A stretch of 64,000 bases of DNA from the IMG/VR virus record IMGVR_UViG_3300046315_000155; one strand, written 5' to 3'. The notes under the pieces are model-generated. The model saw only the letters and a program-made list of their open reading frames with translations. It was not told where the DNA came from and did no database searches. Both the position numbers and the translations under genes were made by a program. This DNA comes from an uncultured virus (IMG/VR IMGVR_UViG_3300046315_000155) (lineage: Duplodnaviria > Heunggongvirae > Uroviricota > Caudoviricetes). Shown here piece by piece: positions 10,380 through 21,155 of the stretch (its first letter is position 1; the number at the start of each line of letters is the position of its first letter).

Positions 10380-11078
10380 ATGGCTGAATTTAAAGAAAAA
10401 AAGTATAATTACCTCTACAAGACAACTTTAGAAGGGAGTAACGATTACTACGTCGGCAAGCATTCATCAGATAAAGACCCCACTAAAGATTCATATAAAG
10501 GATCTGGAAATTGGGTGAGATCTATAAAAAATAAAAAATTACTACATAGAACTGAACTTCAATTTTTTAATACAGCTATAGAATTAAAAAAGGCGGAAAA
10601 GTTATTAATTAAAGAAAATATAGGAAAACATGGTTGTAATAATATATCTCATGGAACAGCAGGAAGTCCGCCAGGAACTAATGCCAGAATCCCTAAGTCA
10701 GAAGAACATAGAAAAAAATTATCTGATGCCAGGACGGGAAAATTTTGTGGGGAAGATAATACTTTTTTTGGTAAAACTCATACAGAAGAATCTAAGAAAA
10801 AAATGTCCAATTCTGCAATGGGTAAAATTGGAAGTAATCATAATAGATTTGGAAAAAATCATACAGAAGAATCTAAGAAAAAAATTTCTGATGCAAGAAT
10901 TGGTAAATATAGTGGAGAAAACAATCCAAGAGCAATACTTAATAATATATCAGTAAAGGAAATAAAAATATTATTAAGAGATGGTCATACTTGTGTATAT
11001 ATTGCCAAACTTTATAATATCAGTCAGGGGGCGATATATGGTATTAAATATGGGAGAACATGGGCACATCATTCATAA
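10380..11078 (+). CDS. GIY-YIG homing endonuclease with NUMOD3 repeats and HTH
   Basis: YLYKT...YYVGKHS...YKGSG; repeated FGK.HTEESKKK.S; ends GRTWAH. Confidence 0.85.
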   Translation: MAEFKEKKYNYLYKTTLEGSNDYYVGKHSSDKDPTKDSYKGSGNWVRSIKNKKLLHRTELQFFNTAIELKKAEKLLIKENIGKHGCNNISHGTAGSPPGTNARIPKSEEHRKKLSDARTGKFCGEDNTFFGKTHTEESKKKMSNSAMGKIGSNHNRFGKNHTEESKKKISDARIGKYSGENNPRAILNNISVKEIKILLRDGHTCVYIAKLYNISQGAIYGIKYGRTWAHHS

Positions 11079-11179
11079 CTAATTAATGGTAATTCTTCTA
11101 GTATTTAGAACTAATATATGTTAGAATATAAATAAAGAACACCATTAATTAGTTATGGTAATAAAAGAGATTTATATTT

Positions 11180-12043
11180 ATGCAAGAATTTTATACAAAC
11201 GGACGGCTATTCATTTTAAGCGACATCCACGGCGAACTTGCCGTCATCTACAGCTACATCACTAGATTTGATTTACAAGGCTGCACAATTATCCAAGTCG
11301 GCGATTTTGGTTACGGATTCACTCAAGAACAATTATCCAAACTCGATTATTATTTGAGGTGTAATGATGTTACTTTACTAATTAATCGTGGCAACCACGA
11401 CAATTACTATAACCATTATCCTGAGTTGGGTTCGCAATATTATAATCATGAACCTCATATTGGTACAAAGGAATATGATCGACCTTTATCCAATATTAAA
11501 TTTTTACCAGACTATTCGGTTATTAATTGGAAAGGGGGTTCTGTATGTAAAAAACTATTGACTGTTGGTGGTGCAACTTCTATTGATCGAGTAGACAGAG
11601 AAAAAAATGTGTCGTGGTGGGAAGACGAATATATACGCCATTTATCAGTTTGTTCTCGCCACGGCGCACAAAAAATAACTAAAGTATCTCCTTATAATGA
11701 TGCTGATAAAATATTAGATAATCTCATAAATGCCAATTACTTTGATATCGTTGTCAGTCATTCTGCGCCGATGCTATTCTATCCCTATTTAAAATTAAGT
11801 TGCTTAGACCAACGATATAAAAACGATCCTACTTTAAAAGAAGATTTAGATAAAGATGCGGTATATCTTAATGGTATATTCAATCGCATCAATCCAGAGA
11901 AATATTACTTTGGGCACTACCATGTCAATGCTCAGTTTGATACAATTGTTGGAGTGTATAATGATCGAGGTTCTTCTATAGGAACAAAACCGTGTAAAGT
12001 CTCTGGTTTGGGTATTAACGAGTTAGTTGAAGTACTTTATTAA
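11180..12043 (+). CDS. calcineurin-like metallophosphoesterase
   Basis: SDIHG, GDFG, GNHD, SH and FGHYH motifs. Confidence 0.88.
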   Translation: MQEFYTNGRLFILSDIHGELAVIYSYITRFDLQGCTIIQVGDFGYGFTQEQLSKLDYYLRCNDVTLLINRGNHDNYYNHYPELGSQYYNHEPHIGTKEYDRPLSNIKFLPDYSVINWKGGSVCKKLLTVGGATSIDRVDREKNVSWWEDEYIRHLSVCSRHGAQKITKVSPYNDADKILDNLINANYFDIVVSHSAPMLFYPYLKLSCLDQRYKNDPTLKEDLDKDAVYLNGIFNRINPEKYYFGHYHVNAQFDTIVGVYNDRGSSIGTKPCKVSGLGINELVEVLY

Positions 12044-12058
12044 ATTTAATAAATTTTT

Positions 12059-12770
12059 ATGAGTAGTAATATGATTCACTTTGATTCATTACTAAAATTA
12101 TGGCAGTTCGATCTTCCTCACCATAATGTAAATAATGGTAATTACAAATTAATATATAATCAATTATTTTTACATGACAAATTACATCTACTCAATATTA
12201 AATCTGGTACAATATATACTAATTCTATAGATCTTGATAAAGTAGATATTCTAAAACAATATAATTTTAATCTTGATAGTAGTGGTAGATTTAAGACAAG
12301 AACTGATAGTGCTAATACATATATTCATCAACTAGTATTTGGAGCGAAGACTAATGAAAATTATGTAATTAATCATTTAGATAGTAATGCTAGTAATAAT
12401 ATACGTTCCAATCTAGAACTATTGACTCAATGGTTCAACACAACAATAAAGAAAAAGTTTTCTGGTTTATTTATTGGGTTACAATATACTAATTATGTTG
12501 GTAGCTATGTGACACAAATCAGGATGCCAAAAGTAAATGGAAAAAGTATAAGTTTTGGTTCTAAAAATCTCAATTACCTTCAAAATATTCATTACCAATT
12601 TGCAACCAAATCAGGTTTAGTGTCCCCCAGAAAGATACTTACAAGAAGTACCTAATTGGTTGCCAGATCCTAATATTGTATTCACAGCAGAACATCAAAC
12701 AAAATTAGATCAATTAATTGAAGCACATCTAGAGAATCAAGCAACATGGGGTAAACCTATTCTGCTCTGA
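12059..12770 (+). pseudogene. HNH(-AP2-like) family copy 2, frameshifted near the C-terminus
   Basis: extra base in the C-run near 12625 (gtgtcccccagaaag); family sequence ERYLQEVPNWLPD...WGKPILL continues in another frame to TGA 12770. Confidence 0.8.
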
Positions 12771-12839
12771 GAGAGGTCTAGGATGCCTCACAACGCACGA
12801 AAACTATAATAATGACTACTAGTGTCAGAATATAAAAAT

Positions 12840-12870
12840 AAGCCTTTCTAGAGTCATCTAGAAAGGCTTT
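12840..12870. terminator. bidirectional terminator between HNH copy 2 and gp19
   Basis: aagcctttctaga-gtca-tctagaaaggctt. Confidence 0.75.
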
Positions 12871-12884
12871 ATTAAATTTAATAA

Positions 12885-13535
12885 TTAATTTGTAGTACTT
12901 GGTAGTACCTCGAAGTACTGGTACGCAAAAGTCACACTGTACTGCGAAATTTGGTTATTGAGTTCGTAACCAAGATCCATTCCAGATAAACTGGATACCC
13001 ATGCACCGTATAACCGATAACTTCTCAAAATCTTATCAGTAGCAGAACTAAATGAACTAGCATTTGCTGGTGTTCTCTCTGGAGCAACATTATCTCTACT
13101 CAATAAATGTAATGTAATATCTTGAATATAACTAATTTTGTTTGTACCCGATCCATTAGAATATCCTAATTCTGATACGTTTTCTGTCAACGCATTGATG
13201 CCTCTAGACCATGCCTCAAATCCTTTGCGTAATCTAAATTCACCATCATTAATTACAGTACAGGAAAAATTCTCAAAACTTCTGTCACCAGCTACTTTTA
13301 ATTCTCTTCCTCTAAATGGAACAGGAATTACTCCAATGTCCATACTAGGTATTTGTGCTGATTTAATCAAAAAACTAGCTGCTGTATTTAATGTTGCTGC
13401 TGATGCTGGTTTATCCCCAGTATTTCCTTTTAATGAATCAATTTGGGAGGGGAAGGACAGATCTACTCTGAACAAGTTGCTTCTAAAGCCACCAAGTAGT
13501 AATTGTGTCCGAAAGTCCATTATATTTAATGCCAT
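12885..13535 (-). CDS. gp19: tail tube protein
   Basis: GGFRSNLF.V, VPFRGRELKVAGDRSF, TVIND..F..R..FE.W, VTFAYQYFE. Confidence 0.95.
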   Translation of the reverse strand: MALNIMDFRTQLLLGGFRSNLFRVDLSFPSQIDSLKGNTGDKPASAATLNTAASFLIKSAQIPSMDIGVIPVPFRGRELKVAGDRSFENFSCTVINDGEFRLRKGFEAWSRGINALTENVSELGYSNGSGTNKISYIQDITLHLLSRDNVAPERTPANASSFSSATDKILRSYRLYGAWVSSLSGMDLGYELNNQISQYSVTFAYQYFEVLPSTTN

Positions 13536-13595
13536 ATGTTTTTTAAAAAATTATTATATTTTGTTATATTAATATTTAGTAATTTCGTAGTATGC

Positions 13596-13624
13596 TTGAC
13601 TCAATAGTTTAAATGTGATATAAT
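13596..13624 (+). promoter_or_regulatory. sigma70-type promoter
   Basis: TTGACT-17 nt-TATAAT with TG extension. Confidence 0.7.
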
Positions 13625-13654
13625 TAAAATATGTAAAAAGTTAAATAAATCATC

Positions 13655-13813
13655 ATGTCAAATCCAAATTCTACAGCAAATATAACTAAAGAAGAATTTA
13701 TCAAATCATTAAATGATAATAATTACGATCAATCTTTGACTGCTAAAGATTTGGGAATTAGTAATACTTCAGTCAGTAGACTAATGTATTGGTTAACTTT
13801 GCTAAATATATAG
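13655..13813 (+). pseudogene. 5' fragment (Fis-like HTH) of a gene interrupted by IS607
   Basis: hand translation MSNPNSTANITKEEFIKSLNDNNYDQSLTAKDLGISNTSVSRLM resembles the HTH in the 23702 ORF; runs into the IS left end. Confidence 0.55.
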
Positions 13814-13839
13814 ACAAACATGGTTATATATAGTCACAT

Positions 13840-14418
13840 ATGAAGTTATCTACTTACGCCTCTTCTCTTGGTATTTCCTACAAAACTGCTTGGCGTATGT
13901 GGAAATCTGGCACTCTATCCGCCACCCAACTCCCTACTGGTACTATTATTGTTCATCCACCTACCACTCCTACTAAAAATGCAGTTATATATACCAGAGT
14001 CTCTTCTTCTCAAAATAAATCTAATCTGGACACTCAAGTGGAACGCTTAGAATCCTATTGTTTATCAAAAGGTTATTCTATTGTTAAAATTATTAAAGAA
14101 GTTGGTTCTGGCGTTAATGACCATAGACGTAAATTTATTGACTTGCTTAATTCTGATAACTATGATATCATAGTTGTAGAACATAAAGATCGCCTTACTA
14201 GAGTTGGGTTTAATTATCTAGATGTTCTACTATCTAAACAAGGCAAATCTATTGATGTGGTTAATATTTGTACCGAACGTACTGATGATCTTATGCAAGA
14301 TTTTGTTAGCATTATTACTTCTTTCTGTGCTAGACTATATTCTATTCGTAGAAGAACTAGAAAATCTTGTCAAATTGTAAATATTATTAATTCTGATGAA
14401 ACTAACTCAACAACATAA
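13840..14418 (+). CDS. tnpA: IS607 serine recombinase transposase
   Basis: N-terminal MerR-like HTH, YTRVSS catalytic motif, EVGSGVN, VVEHKDRLTR.GF, ITSFCARLY. Confidence 0.93.
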   Translation: MKLSTYASSLGISYKTAWRMWKSGTLSATQLPTGTIIVHPPTTPTKNAVIYTRVSSSQNKSNLDTQVERLESYCLSKGYSIVKIIKEVGSGVNDHRRKFIDLLNSDNYDIIVVEHKDRLTRVGFNYLDVLLSKQGKSIDVVNICTERTDDLMQDFVSIITSFCARLYSIRRRTRKSCQIVNIINSDETNSTT

Positions 14419-15616
14419 GTTCTACTCTAATCATCCATTTTATTATGAGTTAGATTCTATTTGTTTCTTATCTAAGAATTTATATAACTATGCAAATTAT
14501 ATAATTAGACAATCTATATTTGCTGGTACTGGTTATCTTAATTATTACAAGATATTAAAGCTTGTTCAGGGTACTATTGATTATACTTCGCTTCCGGCGA
14601 AAGTGTCCCAACATGTCCTGATGGGTCTTGATAAAAATTGGAAATCTTACTTTCAGGCTATCAAATCTTTTACAAGCAATCCATCTAAATTTAATGCGTG
14701 TCCAAAAATTCCAAAATATCATAAAATTGAATCTGGTAGAAATGTAACTTCTTACTCTAATCAAGCTATTTCTAAGCGCAGCTTAACCAAGGATGGACTA
14801 CTTAATCCATCTGGTACCAATATATTTGTTCAAACAGATATCCCATATGAGAAAATCGATCAAGTTAGAATTGTGCCAAAATTGGAGCATTATGTAGTAG
14901 AAATAGTTTACGAAAAATCAATTGTTGATTTGAGATTAGACCAAGCAAACGTAGCAGCTATAGATTTAGGACTGAGTAATTTGGTTGCACTTACATTTAA
15001 TAAAATTGGAACTAAGCCAATGCTGTTAAGTGGGAATCCCCTAAAATCAATTAACCAATTTTTCAACAAGAGATTAGCGCAGCTACAATCAATCTTGAAA
15101 GGTGGTAGTAGTAAGAGGATCAGAAGGCTTTACAATAAGAGAGGAAACAAAATTAGTGATTATTTACATAAAGCTAGTACAACTATTGTAAGGACATTGA
15201 TAGAAAATGATGTGGGCACATTGGTAGTAGGTAAAAACAATGGATGGAAACAAAACATCAATATAGGGAGTAAAAATAACCAGAACTTCGTTCAAGTACC
15301 ATTTAATGATTTGATAGCCAAACTGCATTACAAATGTGAATTGGTAGGTATAAAATTTATCGAACAAGAAGAGAGTTATACAAGTAAAGCAAGTTTCTTA
15401 GATGCAGATTCAATTCCTACTTACAGTGCAGGTGTAAAACGCCAGTTCAGCGGTAGAAGACTGCAACGAGGGATATACAAAGCCAAGAGTGGTCTGAAAT
15501 TTAATGCAGACATAAATGGTAGTTATAATATCATGAGAAAAGCAATCCCAAACGTGTTCAGCAATGGGATAGAGGGTTTAGTAGTACACCCAGTAAGGAT
15601 AAAAACTTACAAATGA
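14396..15616 (+). CDS. tnpB: TnpB RNA-guided nuclease
   Basis: RuvC-I AIDLG, QEESYTSK, RuvC-III NADING; SKNLYN N-terminus typical of IS607 TnpB. Confidence 0.92.
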   Translation: MKLTQQHKFYSNHPFYYELDSICFLSKNLYNYANYIIRQSIFAGTGYLNYYKILKLVQGTIDYTSLPAKVSQHVLMGLDKNWKSYFQAIKSFTSNPSKFNACPKIPKYHKIESGRNVTSYSNQAISKRSLTKDGLLNPSGTNIFVQTDIPYEKIDQVRIVPKLEHYVVEIVYEKSIVDLRLDQANVAAIDLGLSNLVALTFNKIGTKPMLLSGNPLKSINQFFNKRLAQLQSILKGGSSKRIRRLYNKRGNKISDYLHKASTTIVRTLIENDVGTLVVGKNNGWKQNINIGSKNNQNFVQVPFNDLIAKLHYKCELVGIKFIEQEESYTSKASFLDADSIPTYSAGVKRQFSGRRLQRGIYKAKSGLKFNADINGSYNIMRKAIPNVFSNGIEGLVVHPVRIKTYK

Positions 15617-15816
15617 GTAGTAAAGACTTAAATGTCTATATTATTCGATACTATTTAGATTCTCGTAATAATACCTGGATGGCAACAATAATTGCAAATA
15701 AGACCAAGTACCGATTAGGAAGGTTTAAAACTGAAATTGAAGCAGCTAAAGCTTATGATGATGCTGCGAAAATACATCATAAACAATTTGCACACTTAAA
15801 TTTTCCTGATATCTAA
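15613..15816 (+). pseudogene. AP2 DNA-binding domain fragment (3' part of the IS607-interrupted gene)
   Basis: WMATI...K.RLGRFKTEIEAAKAYDDAA......FA.LNFP matches the AP2 consensus. Confidence 0.75.
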
Positions 15817-15894
15817 TATTATGCGCTGAGAGGGGTGTAGAATGCCCCTCAACGCATGATAACTAGAATAATGACTACTAGCATCTAATACAAT

Positions 15895-15922
15895 AAAATG
15901 CCCTCATAGTTGAGGGCATTTT
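15895..15922. terminator. bidirectional terminator after gp18
   Basis: aaaatgccctca-tagt-tgagggcatttt. Confidence 0.75.
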
Positions 15923-15942
15923 ATTAAATTTAATAATTTAAA

Positions 15943-17919
15943 TTAAGTTTCTGTGAAACTTGCACCAGTAGCAGTAACAATAAAATTCAATACGATAAAG
16001 TTTATACTACGTGCAGGTTTGATGTAGATATCCGCAGTAAACTTATTGGCATCAATATCTTGAACACTATTATTAGTAGTGTCGGCAATCACTTGGTATT
16101 CGTAAATTCCGCGATTTGCTTGAATATTCTGTAGATAAGGTGTTACGTTATCTAGAAAATTCTTTCTGCTGTTATCGTCATTGATTTCAAATAATTGATT
16201 TTCTGCAAATTGAGAAATTACTCGTTGTAATTCAATCATCAATCCTCTTACACCAATTCGATCGAATGCCGATGGTGAAGATAATGCAGTTTTGTCACCA
16301 TTTAGAATTACCCCTCTACCTGGGTAGCTAATGATCGAATTTACTCTATGACTATATAGTTGATCTCTTTCAGAACGTTTTGGACTATATGCTAGTTTAA
16401 TTGCATTTTTTATTACCCCATGTGTAACTCCTGCGGGAGATTGCCAAGAATTTAATGTAGATAAAGTTAATCCAGCCACATCAGCAGAGCATGGAATATA
16501 TCTAAAAGTATTATTGTACTTGTCATAAATGTATTTATAATTATCACAGAAAATCATGAATGAACTACTAGGTAGTGTATCAAAGAAATTAATAATTCTG
16601 TTAACTTTATTGTTACTACTGAAACTATTTAAAACATCTGCTTGTGCAGGCGCGACCGCCATTCTACAGTCTCTACGACGTTCGCAAATACTGAGTAATT
16701 TTAATATTCTCTGTGTAGTAATTTTACCAGGGATTAAAAAATCGATATCACCAAATACTTCGGAATCTTCTACAATATCATAGGCAGAACTAATACTGCT
16801 TTCGACAACTGTAGGTAATAGCCAATTGTAAGATGTACCACCTTGTAAATGTAATTTTAATGTTGCTCCACTCGAACTATTCCGAAATAGTCTAAATATT
16901 TTTCCGGCAATTTGATCTCCAATATCTGCTCCAATATATGTAGCATTTGCTGGGATTACTGGAGTTAATGTAGTACCAATATTAAATTTTTGTGAACCAG
17001 GGAAAATATATTTTGAACGATTTAAAATTGCTCGTTTCCAATAAGTGTCTACTCCTTCCGCACTAGTTCCATCTGATGCTTTGGATAGGTATGTGTATGA
17101 TTCTAAAATTGCATTAATATTACCACTAATTTTACCAGTAGTATCAATAATTACTGCATGAAATTCATCAAATTTGCTATTCAAATCTTTAGCTTTTTGA
17201 CTAGTTCCTGGTTGTGGTGCAATAGTTGACCAAGGAAGTCCTGGTAATATATTTTGTGTATTATAAAAATCAGTAATGCCAGTGATTACCCCAATAGGTG
17301 TAATACCATCTACTAGATAAATAGTTTCCCCCAAATTAAATTTTTTGGTGGGGTCATTTATTGTAACTGTATATCCATTTGTATTAATAGAATACACCCA
17401 TCCAAAACTAGTTATCGTTTTTACAATATCCCCAACTGCAATTGTTGGTACTGGATTTGTACCAACATTTATTGTCAGAATTTGATCTGCTCCATGATCG
17501 ATTACCGCTACTGTCACCCCATTGTATAAATCAGATTGACTTTGTGCAGAAAAAATATAGTTATTGGTGTTTAATTCGTATTCTGACATTCCTGATACAG
17601 ATAATGTACTATCAAATCCATTGCTAGTTACGTTTGCTGTTTTTAGTGCAGTGGTACTATCATTTGGGCGAATTACCCCTGCTAGTACTCCATAACGCAT
17701 TACTTCTAATGCGCTAAACCATTCAATGTAATTATTATCATCTGGTTTACCAAATTGCTCTACTAATTCTGCTTCATTAGAAATGTATGTTACTTTATTA
17801 GTTACGCCTTTAGATGCGGGTAATGCAATAATTGCAATTTTGCTATTTTCTGTATTGATTGTTGCGGACTTATCTATTTCTTGAATCGACACACCAGGCG
17901 AGGATAAATTTATAGGCAT
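15943..17919 (-). CDS. gp18: tail sheath protein
   Basis: SPGVSIQEID, FGKP, YKY.YDKYN..FRYIPC..DVAGL, SPAG, GDKTAL..PSAFDRI.VR, IYIKPARSINFI. Confidence 0.96.
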   Translation of the reverse strand: MPINLSSPGVSIQEIDKSATINTENSKIAIIALPASKGVTNKVTYISNEAELVEQFGKPDDNNYIEWFSALEVMRYGVLAGVIRPNDSTTALKTANVTSNGFDSTLSVSGMSEYELNTNNYIFSAQSQSDLYNGVTVAVIDHGADQILTINVGTNPVPTIAVGDIVKTITSFGWVYSINTNGYTVTINDPTKKFNLGETIYLVDGITPIGVITGITDFYNTQNILPGLPWSTIAPQPGTSQKAKDLNSKFDEFHAVIIDTTGKISGNINAILESYTYLSKASDGTSAEGVDTYWKRAILNRSKYIFPGSQKFNIGTTLTPVIPANATYIGADIGDQIAGKIFRLFRNSSSGATLKLHLQGGTSYNWLLPTVVESSISSAYDIVEDSEVFGDIDFLIPGKITTQRILKLLSICERRRDCRMAVAPAQADVLNSFSSNNKVNRIINFFDTLPSSSFMIFCDNYKYIYDKYNNTFRYIPCSADVAGLTLSTLNSWQSPAGVTHGVIKNAIKLAYSPKRSERDQLYSHRVNSIISYPGRGVILNGDKTALSSPSAFDRIGVRGLMIELQRVISQFAENQLFEINDDNSRKNFLDNVTPYLQNIQANRGIYEYQVIADTTNNSVQDIDANKFTADIYIKPARSINFIVLNFIVTATGASFTET

Positions 17920-17954
17920 TTTATTATACTTATTGTTATTACTATTATTTATAT

Positions 17955-18254
17955 TTATAAATTGTCTGTATATACTTTAGTCAAGTTAGATATCATAAAT
18001 AACAATTTTTCTTTTGCTTCTTCTGCGCTTATAAAAAAGTACTCGCCTTCTTTTCGTTTTAAATTAAAATACTGATGCAGTGACTTTTCTATTTTGGTTG
18101 CGTTATATATCGGTTCAGTATGATAGTATAGTTCTAGTTTGCATCCAGAACTGCACTCAAGTTGCCTTAGTCTGCGAGGAATGTTGTTGGTGACTCCTAT
18201 TTTTATTAAATTTAATAATTCATTAAAGATAATATAAACCTGTTTTTTTTGCAT
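17955..18254 (-). CDS. T5orf172/GIY-YIG-like domain protein
   Basis: VYII...IKIGVT.N..RRL.QL...IEK.LH..F...R.EGEYF. Confidence 0.75.
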   Translation of the reverse strand: MQKKQVYIIFNELLNLIKIGVTNNIPRRLRQLECSSGCKLELYYHTEPIYNATKIEKSLHQYFNLKRKEGEYFFISAEEAKEKLLFMISNLTKVYTDNL

Positions 18255-18293
18255 TTATGTGTTATAATTATTATATACTTTATATTGGTAAAA

Positions 18294-18698
18294 ATGATCC
18301 ACTTCTGCAAAACATTAAATCTCTATCAGTTCAATCTGCCTAATCATAATGTAGATAATGGAAAATAAAAATTAAAATTAACATATAATCAATTATTTAT
18401 AGACGATCTATAAATAATTGTTAGTGGCGGTAGTTATCTAACAAATATTGCTATGCCAAGAAAAAATAGTAAAGCTATGACTTTTGGTTCTAAATATATA
18501 AATTACTTACAAAACATACATTATCATTTTGCAGTAAAGTCAGGATTAGTTACTCCAGAAAGATACCTCAGAGAAGTTCCTAATTGGCTACCCGATTCTA
18601 CCATACAATGCTCACCAAAACATCAAACAAAATTAGATCAATTAATTGAAGCACATCTAGAGAATCAATCTACTTGGGAGCAGCCAATTATACTCTGA
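18294..18698 (+). pseudogene. HNH family copy 3, internally deleted
   Basis: MIHFCKTLNLYQFNLPNHNV start and C-terminal ERYLREVPNWLPD...WEQPIIL are kept, the HNH core is missing; TGTGTTATAAT promoter at about 18258. Confidence 0.8.
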
Positions 18699-18750
18699 GA
18701 GATGGCTAAAATGCCCTACAACGCACGAAAACTATAATTATAGTAAGCAA

Positions 18751-19974
18751 TTAAAAGTAATAAATAACTGGCACCTCGTACCCGTACTCATAATAACTGT
18801 CAGTTAACTTAGCATTCCACCACAGATCTCCACCTTCTTCCACAATACCATCTTCTAATTCTTCTCCATTTATCAATAAAGCACCTAATACCGCCATGTC
18901 GTCTTCTATTTCTTGTCTGTGTAATTCCCGAATATCTTTTGCTACGTCTAAATCTGTAAGTTCTTTGAAATACGGCTGGGTAACACACCAAGAAAATAAT
19001 ACGATACAAGCTACTAGATCATCATTACTACCATCATCTGCTGCATAAGAATCCCCTTTTTCTACATATGTTGATAATTCACTAATAATACCAAAATCTT
19101 CTATTAGTAATTTATCATCTTCAATCAAAGATTTCATGTTACTATAACCTAGTCGTTTTGTAGTTTTAGTAATTTGTAATCCAAATTTGCACTTATTACC
19201 GAATCCTTGACCTAGAATTAACCCGTTTCGTCCCACGGTGGCTGTCATAAGTAGGTTGCTATATTCTAGATCGTAATGTAGAATATCTCCTACTTGTGAT
19301 CCAATGCTGTTTAACTCTACAAGAACGTAAGCTTTATTATATTCATTCGCCAATTTCAATATTATGTTGGGGAATACTATTGGTGCAATATTATTGTTTT
19401 TATAAATAGCTGTTATGGTGTATGGTACAGTAGTGATGTCAAACACCATTGCTACTGAATAATCCTTTTCAACACCTTCTGCGGTGTCTGCACAAATCAT
19501 ATATCTATGCGTAGGATTTGGTTTTGCGTAGACAACTATATTGTCATTTCTTTCTATTGGTTCTTTATGGGTTAATGCTGCTAATTTATTGGCATTAAGA
19601 AGGGTGAGCGATGAACCTATGAAGCTACAGTTTTTATTTAATATATCGTTCGCATAATACCAATGATTCTTGCCAGAATTAACAATATCATATAATTCTA
19701 TTTTTTTTCTTATAGTTTTTTTTGTTTTAAGAAAAGTATTATTTACTTTTCCAATTATTTCTATAGTTTTAGTGAGATCTTTAGCTAATATTATACCTTC
19801 TGTGGTGTTTATCGGATGATTAAGTGAGCAAACTAATTTATTGTCGTCTAAGAATTCTAATTCTATATATTTATTTCTATAAATTTTCTGCACTCCCATA
19901 AATTTCTCGAAACCATCTGGTGTTTCTACCAAATTTCCTATATTTTGCTGTAATGACGGAAGTAATTTTAACAT
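18751..19974 (-). CDS. gp17: terminase large subunit piece 3: split-intein C half (aa 1-115) plus C-terminal nuclease domain
   Basis: intein blocks (CSLNHP, LYDIVN, ends ILNKN/C) followed by CSFIGS, DTAEG..DYS, ELNSIG and NDDLVAC gp17 nuclease motifs. Confidence 0.92.
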   Translation of the reverse strand: MLKLLPSLQQNIGNLVETPDGFEKFMGVQKIYRNKYIELEFLDDNKLVCSLNHPINTTEGIILAKDLTKTIEIIGKVNNTFLKTKKTIRKKIELYDIVNSGKNHWYYANDILNKNCSFIGSSLTLLNANKLAALTHKEPIERNDNIVVYAKPNPTHRYMICADTAEGVEKDYSVAMVFDITTVPYTITAIYKNNNIAPIVFPNIILKLANEYNKAYVLVELNSIGSQVGDILHYDLEYSNLLMTATVGRNGLILGQGFGNKCKFGLQITKTTKRLGYSNMKSLIEDDKLLIEDFGIISELSTYVEKGDSYAADDGSNDDLVACIVLFSWCVTQPYFKELTDLDVAKDIRELHRQEIEDDMAVLGALLINGEELEDGIVEEGGDLWWNAKLTDSYYEYGYEVPVIYYF

Positions 19975-20011
19975 GTAAAAACTGAATTTTTATATTGATA
20001 TTTAGATATAC

Positions 20012-20383
20012 TTGACATATCTCACCAATAATGTTATATTATTAGAATACACATCGAGAAAAAATATATTGAACATTATTAATGGCAACTTAGTTAAGTA
20101 CAAAAATAGATCTCAAAGATACTCTGGAATTGTTGAAGATTTAAACGAAAAATATATCAAAATTATTAATATCAGTGTTAATGGTGAATCTGGTATAATA
20201 TTAAAAGATCAAATATTTAAAATTGGTTCGGGACTAAAAGAATATATAGAAGTTGAAAGAATTGACTTAGGGAATTGTGTTGAATTTTATGCGTCGGTTG
20301 CGATAGTTGAAACTGAAAATGAAAAAACCTATTTTCTAAATCGGATGCGTCAGATTGAGATATATTCTATATATTATTATTAA
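20012..20383 (+). CDS. hypothetical protein (start probably TTG 20069)
   Basis: ORF present; the track start overlaps a TTGACA-17-TATATT promoter at 20012-20040. Confidence 0.5.
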   Translation: MTYLTNNVILLEYTSRKNILNIINGNLVKYKNRSQRYSGIVEDLNEKYIKIINISVNGESGIILKDQIFKIGSGLKEYIEVERIDLGNCVEFYASVAIVETENEKTYFLNRMRQIEIYSIYYY

Positions 20384-20385
20384 AA

Positions 20386-21084
20386 ATGATACATTTCTGC
20401 GACAAAATACTCAATTTCTATCAATTCGATCAACCTCACCATAATCTCAATAAACTATATGCAGGTAAACTTACTTACAATCAACTATTTGTAGATGAAA
20501 CGTTACATGTACTGAATACTAAATCTGGTAAAATATATACTAACACAATAGATCTTGATAAAGTAGAATTGTTAAAACTATATAATTGGTATCATAATAG
20601 TGGAGGTAGATTTAGTACAAAAAAAGATGGACAAACTGTAAGAATTCATGAGTTAGTATATGGATATAAAACTAATGCTAATTGGGTAATTAATCATATA
20701 GATGGCGATCCTAGTAATAATAAACGTTCTAATTTAGAAGTAGTTACTCAATGGTTTAACATATTAATACAAAAGAAGTCATCTGGACTCCCTATTGGTG
20801 CAACATATAATAATGGTAGCTATATAACACAAATTGCTATGCCAAGAGTAAATGGTAAACATATAAATTTTTGTTATAAAGATCTCAATTACTTACAAAA
20901 CTTGCATTATCAGTTTGGAGTAAAATCTGGATTAGTCACTCCCGAAAGATACTTACAAGAAGTACCTAATTGGTTGCCAGATCCTAATATTGTATTCACA
21001 GCAGAACATCAATCAAAACTAGAACAACTTATTGAAACGCATCTAGAAAATCAAGCTACTTGGGATAAACCTATTATGCTCTGA
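20386..21084 (+). CDS. HNH(-AP2-like) family copy 4
   Basis: intact 232-aa family member with VINHIDGDPSNNKRSNLE. Confidence 0.82.
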   Translation: MIHFCDKILNFYQFDQPHHNLNKLYAGKLTYNQLFVDETLHVLNTKSGKIYTNTIDLDKVELLKLYNWYHNSGGRFSTKKDGQTVRIHELVYGYKTNANWVINHIDGDPSNNKRSNLEVVTQWFNILIQKKSSGLPIGATYNNGSYITQIAMPRVNGKHINFCYKDLNYLQNLHYQFGVKSGLVTPERYLQEVPNWLPDPNIVFTAEHQSKLEQLIETHLENQATWDKPIML

Positions 21085-21155
21085 GAGGGGTCTAGGATGC
21101 CCCTCTCAGAGCATAAAAATCACAAATATGACTACTAGTATCAAATCATAAAATA

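Larger units (their letters stand above)
13790..15650 (+). mobile_element. IS607-family insertion sequence (boundaries approximate)
   Basis: overlapping serine-recombinase tnpA and tnpB. Confidence 0.88.
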
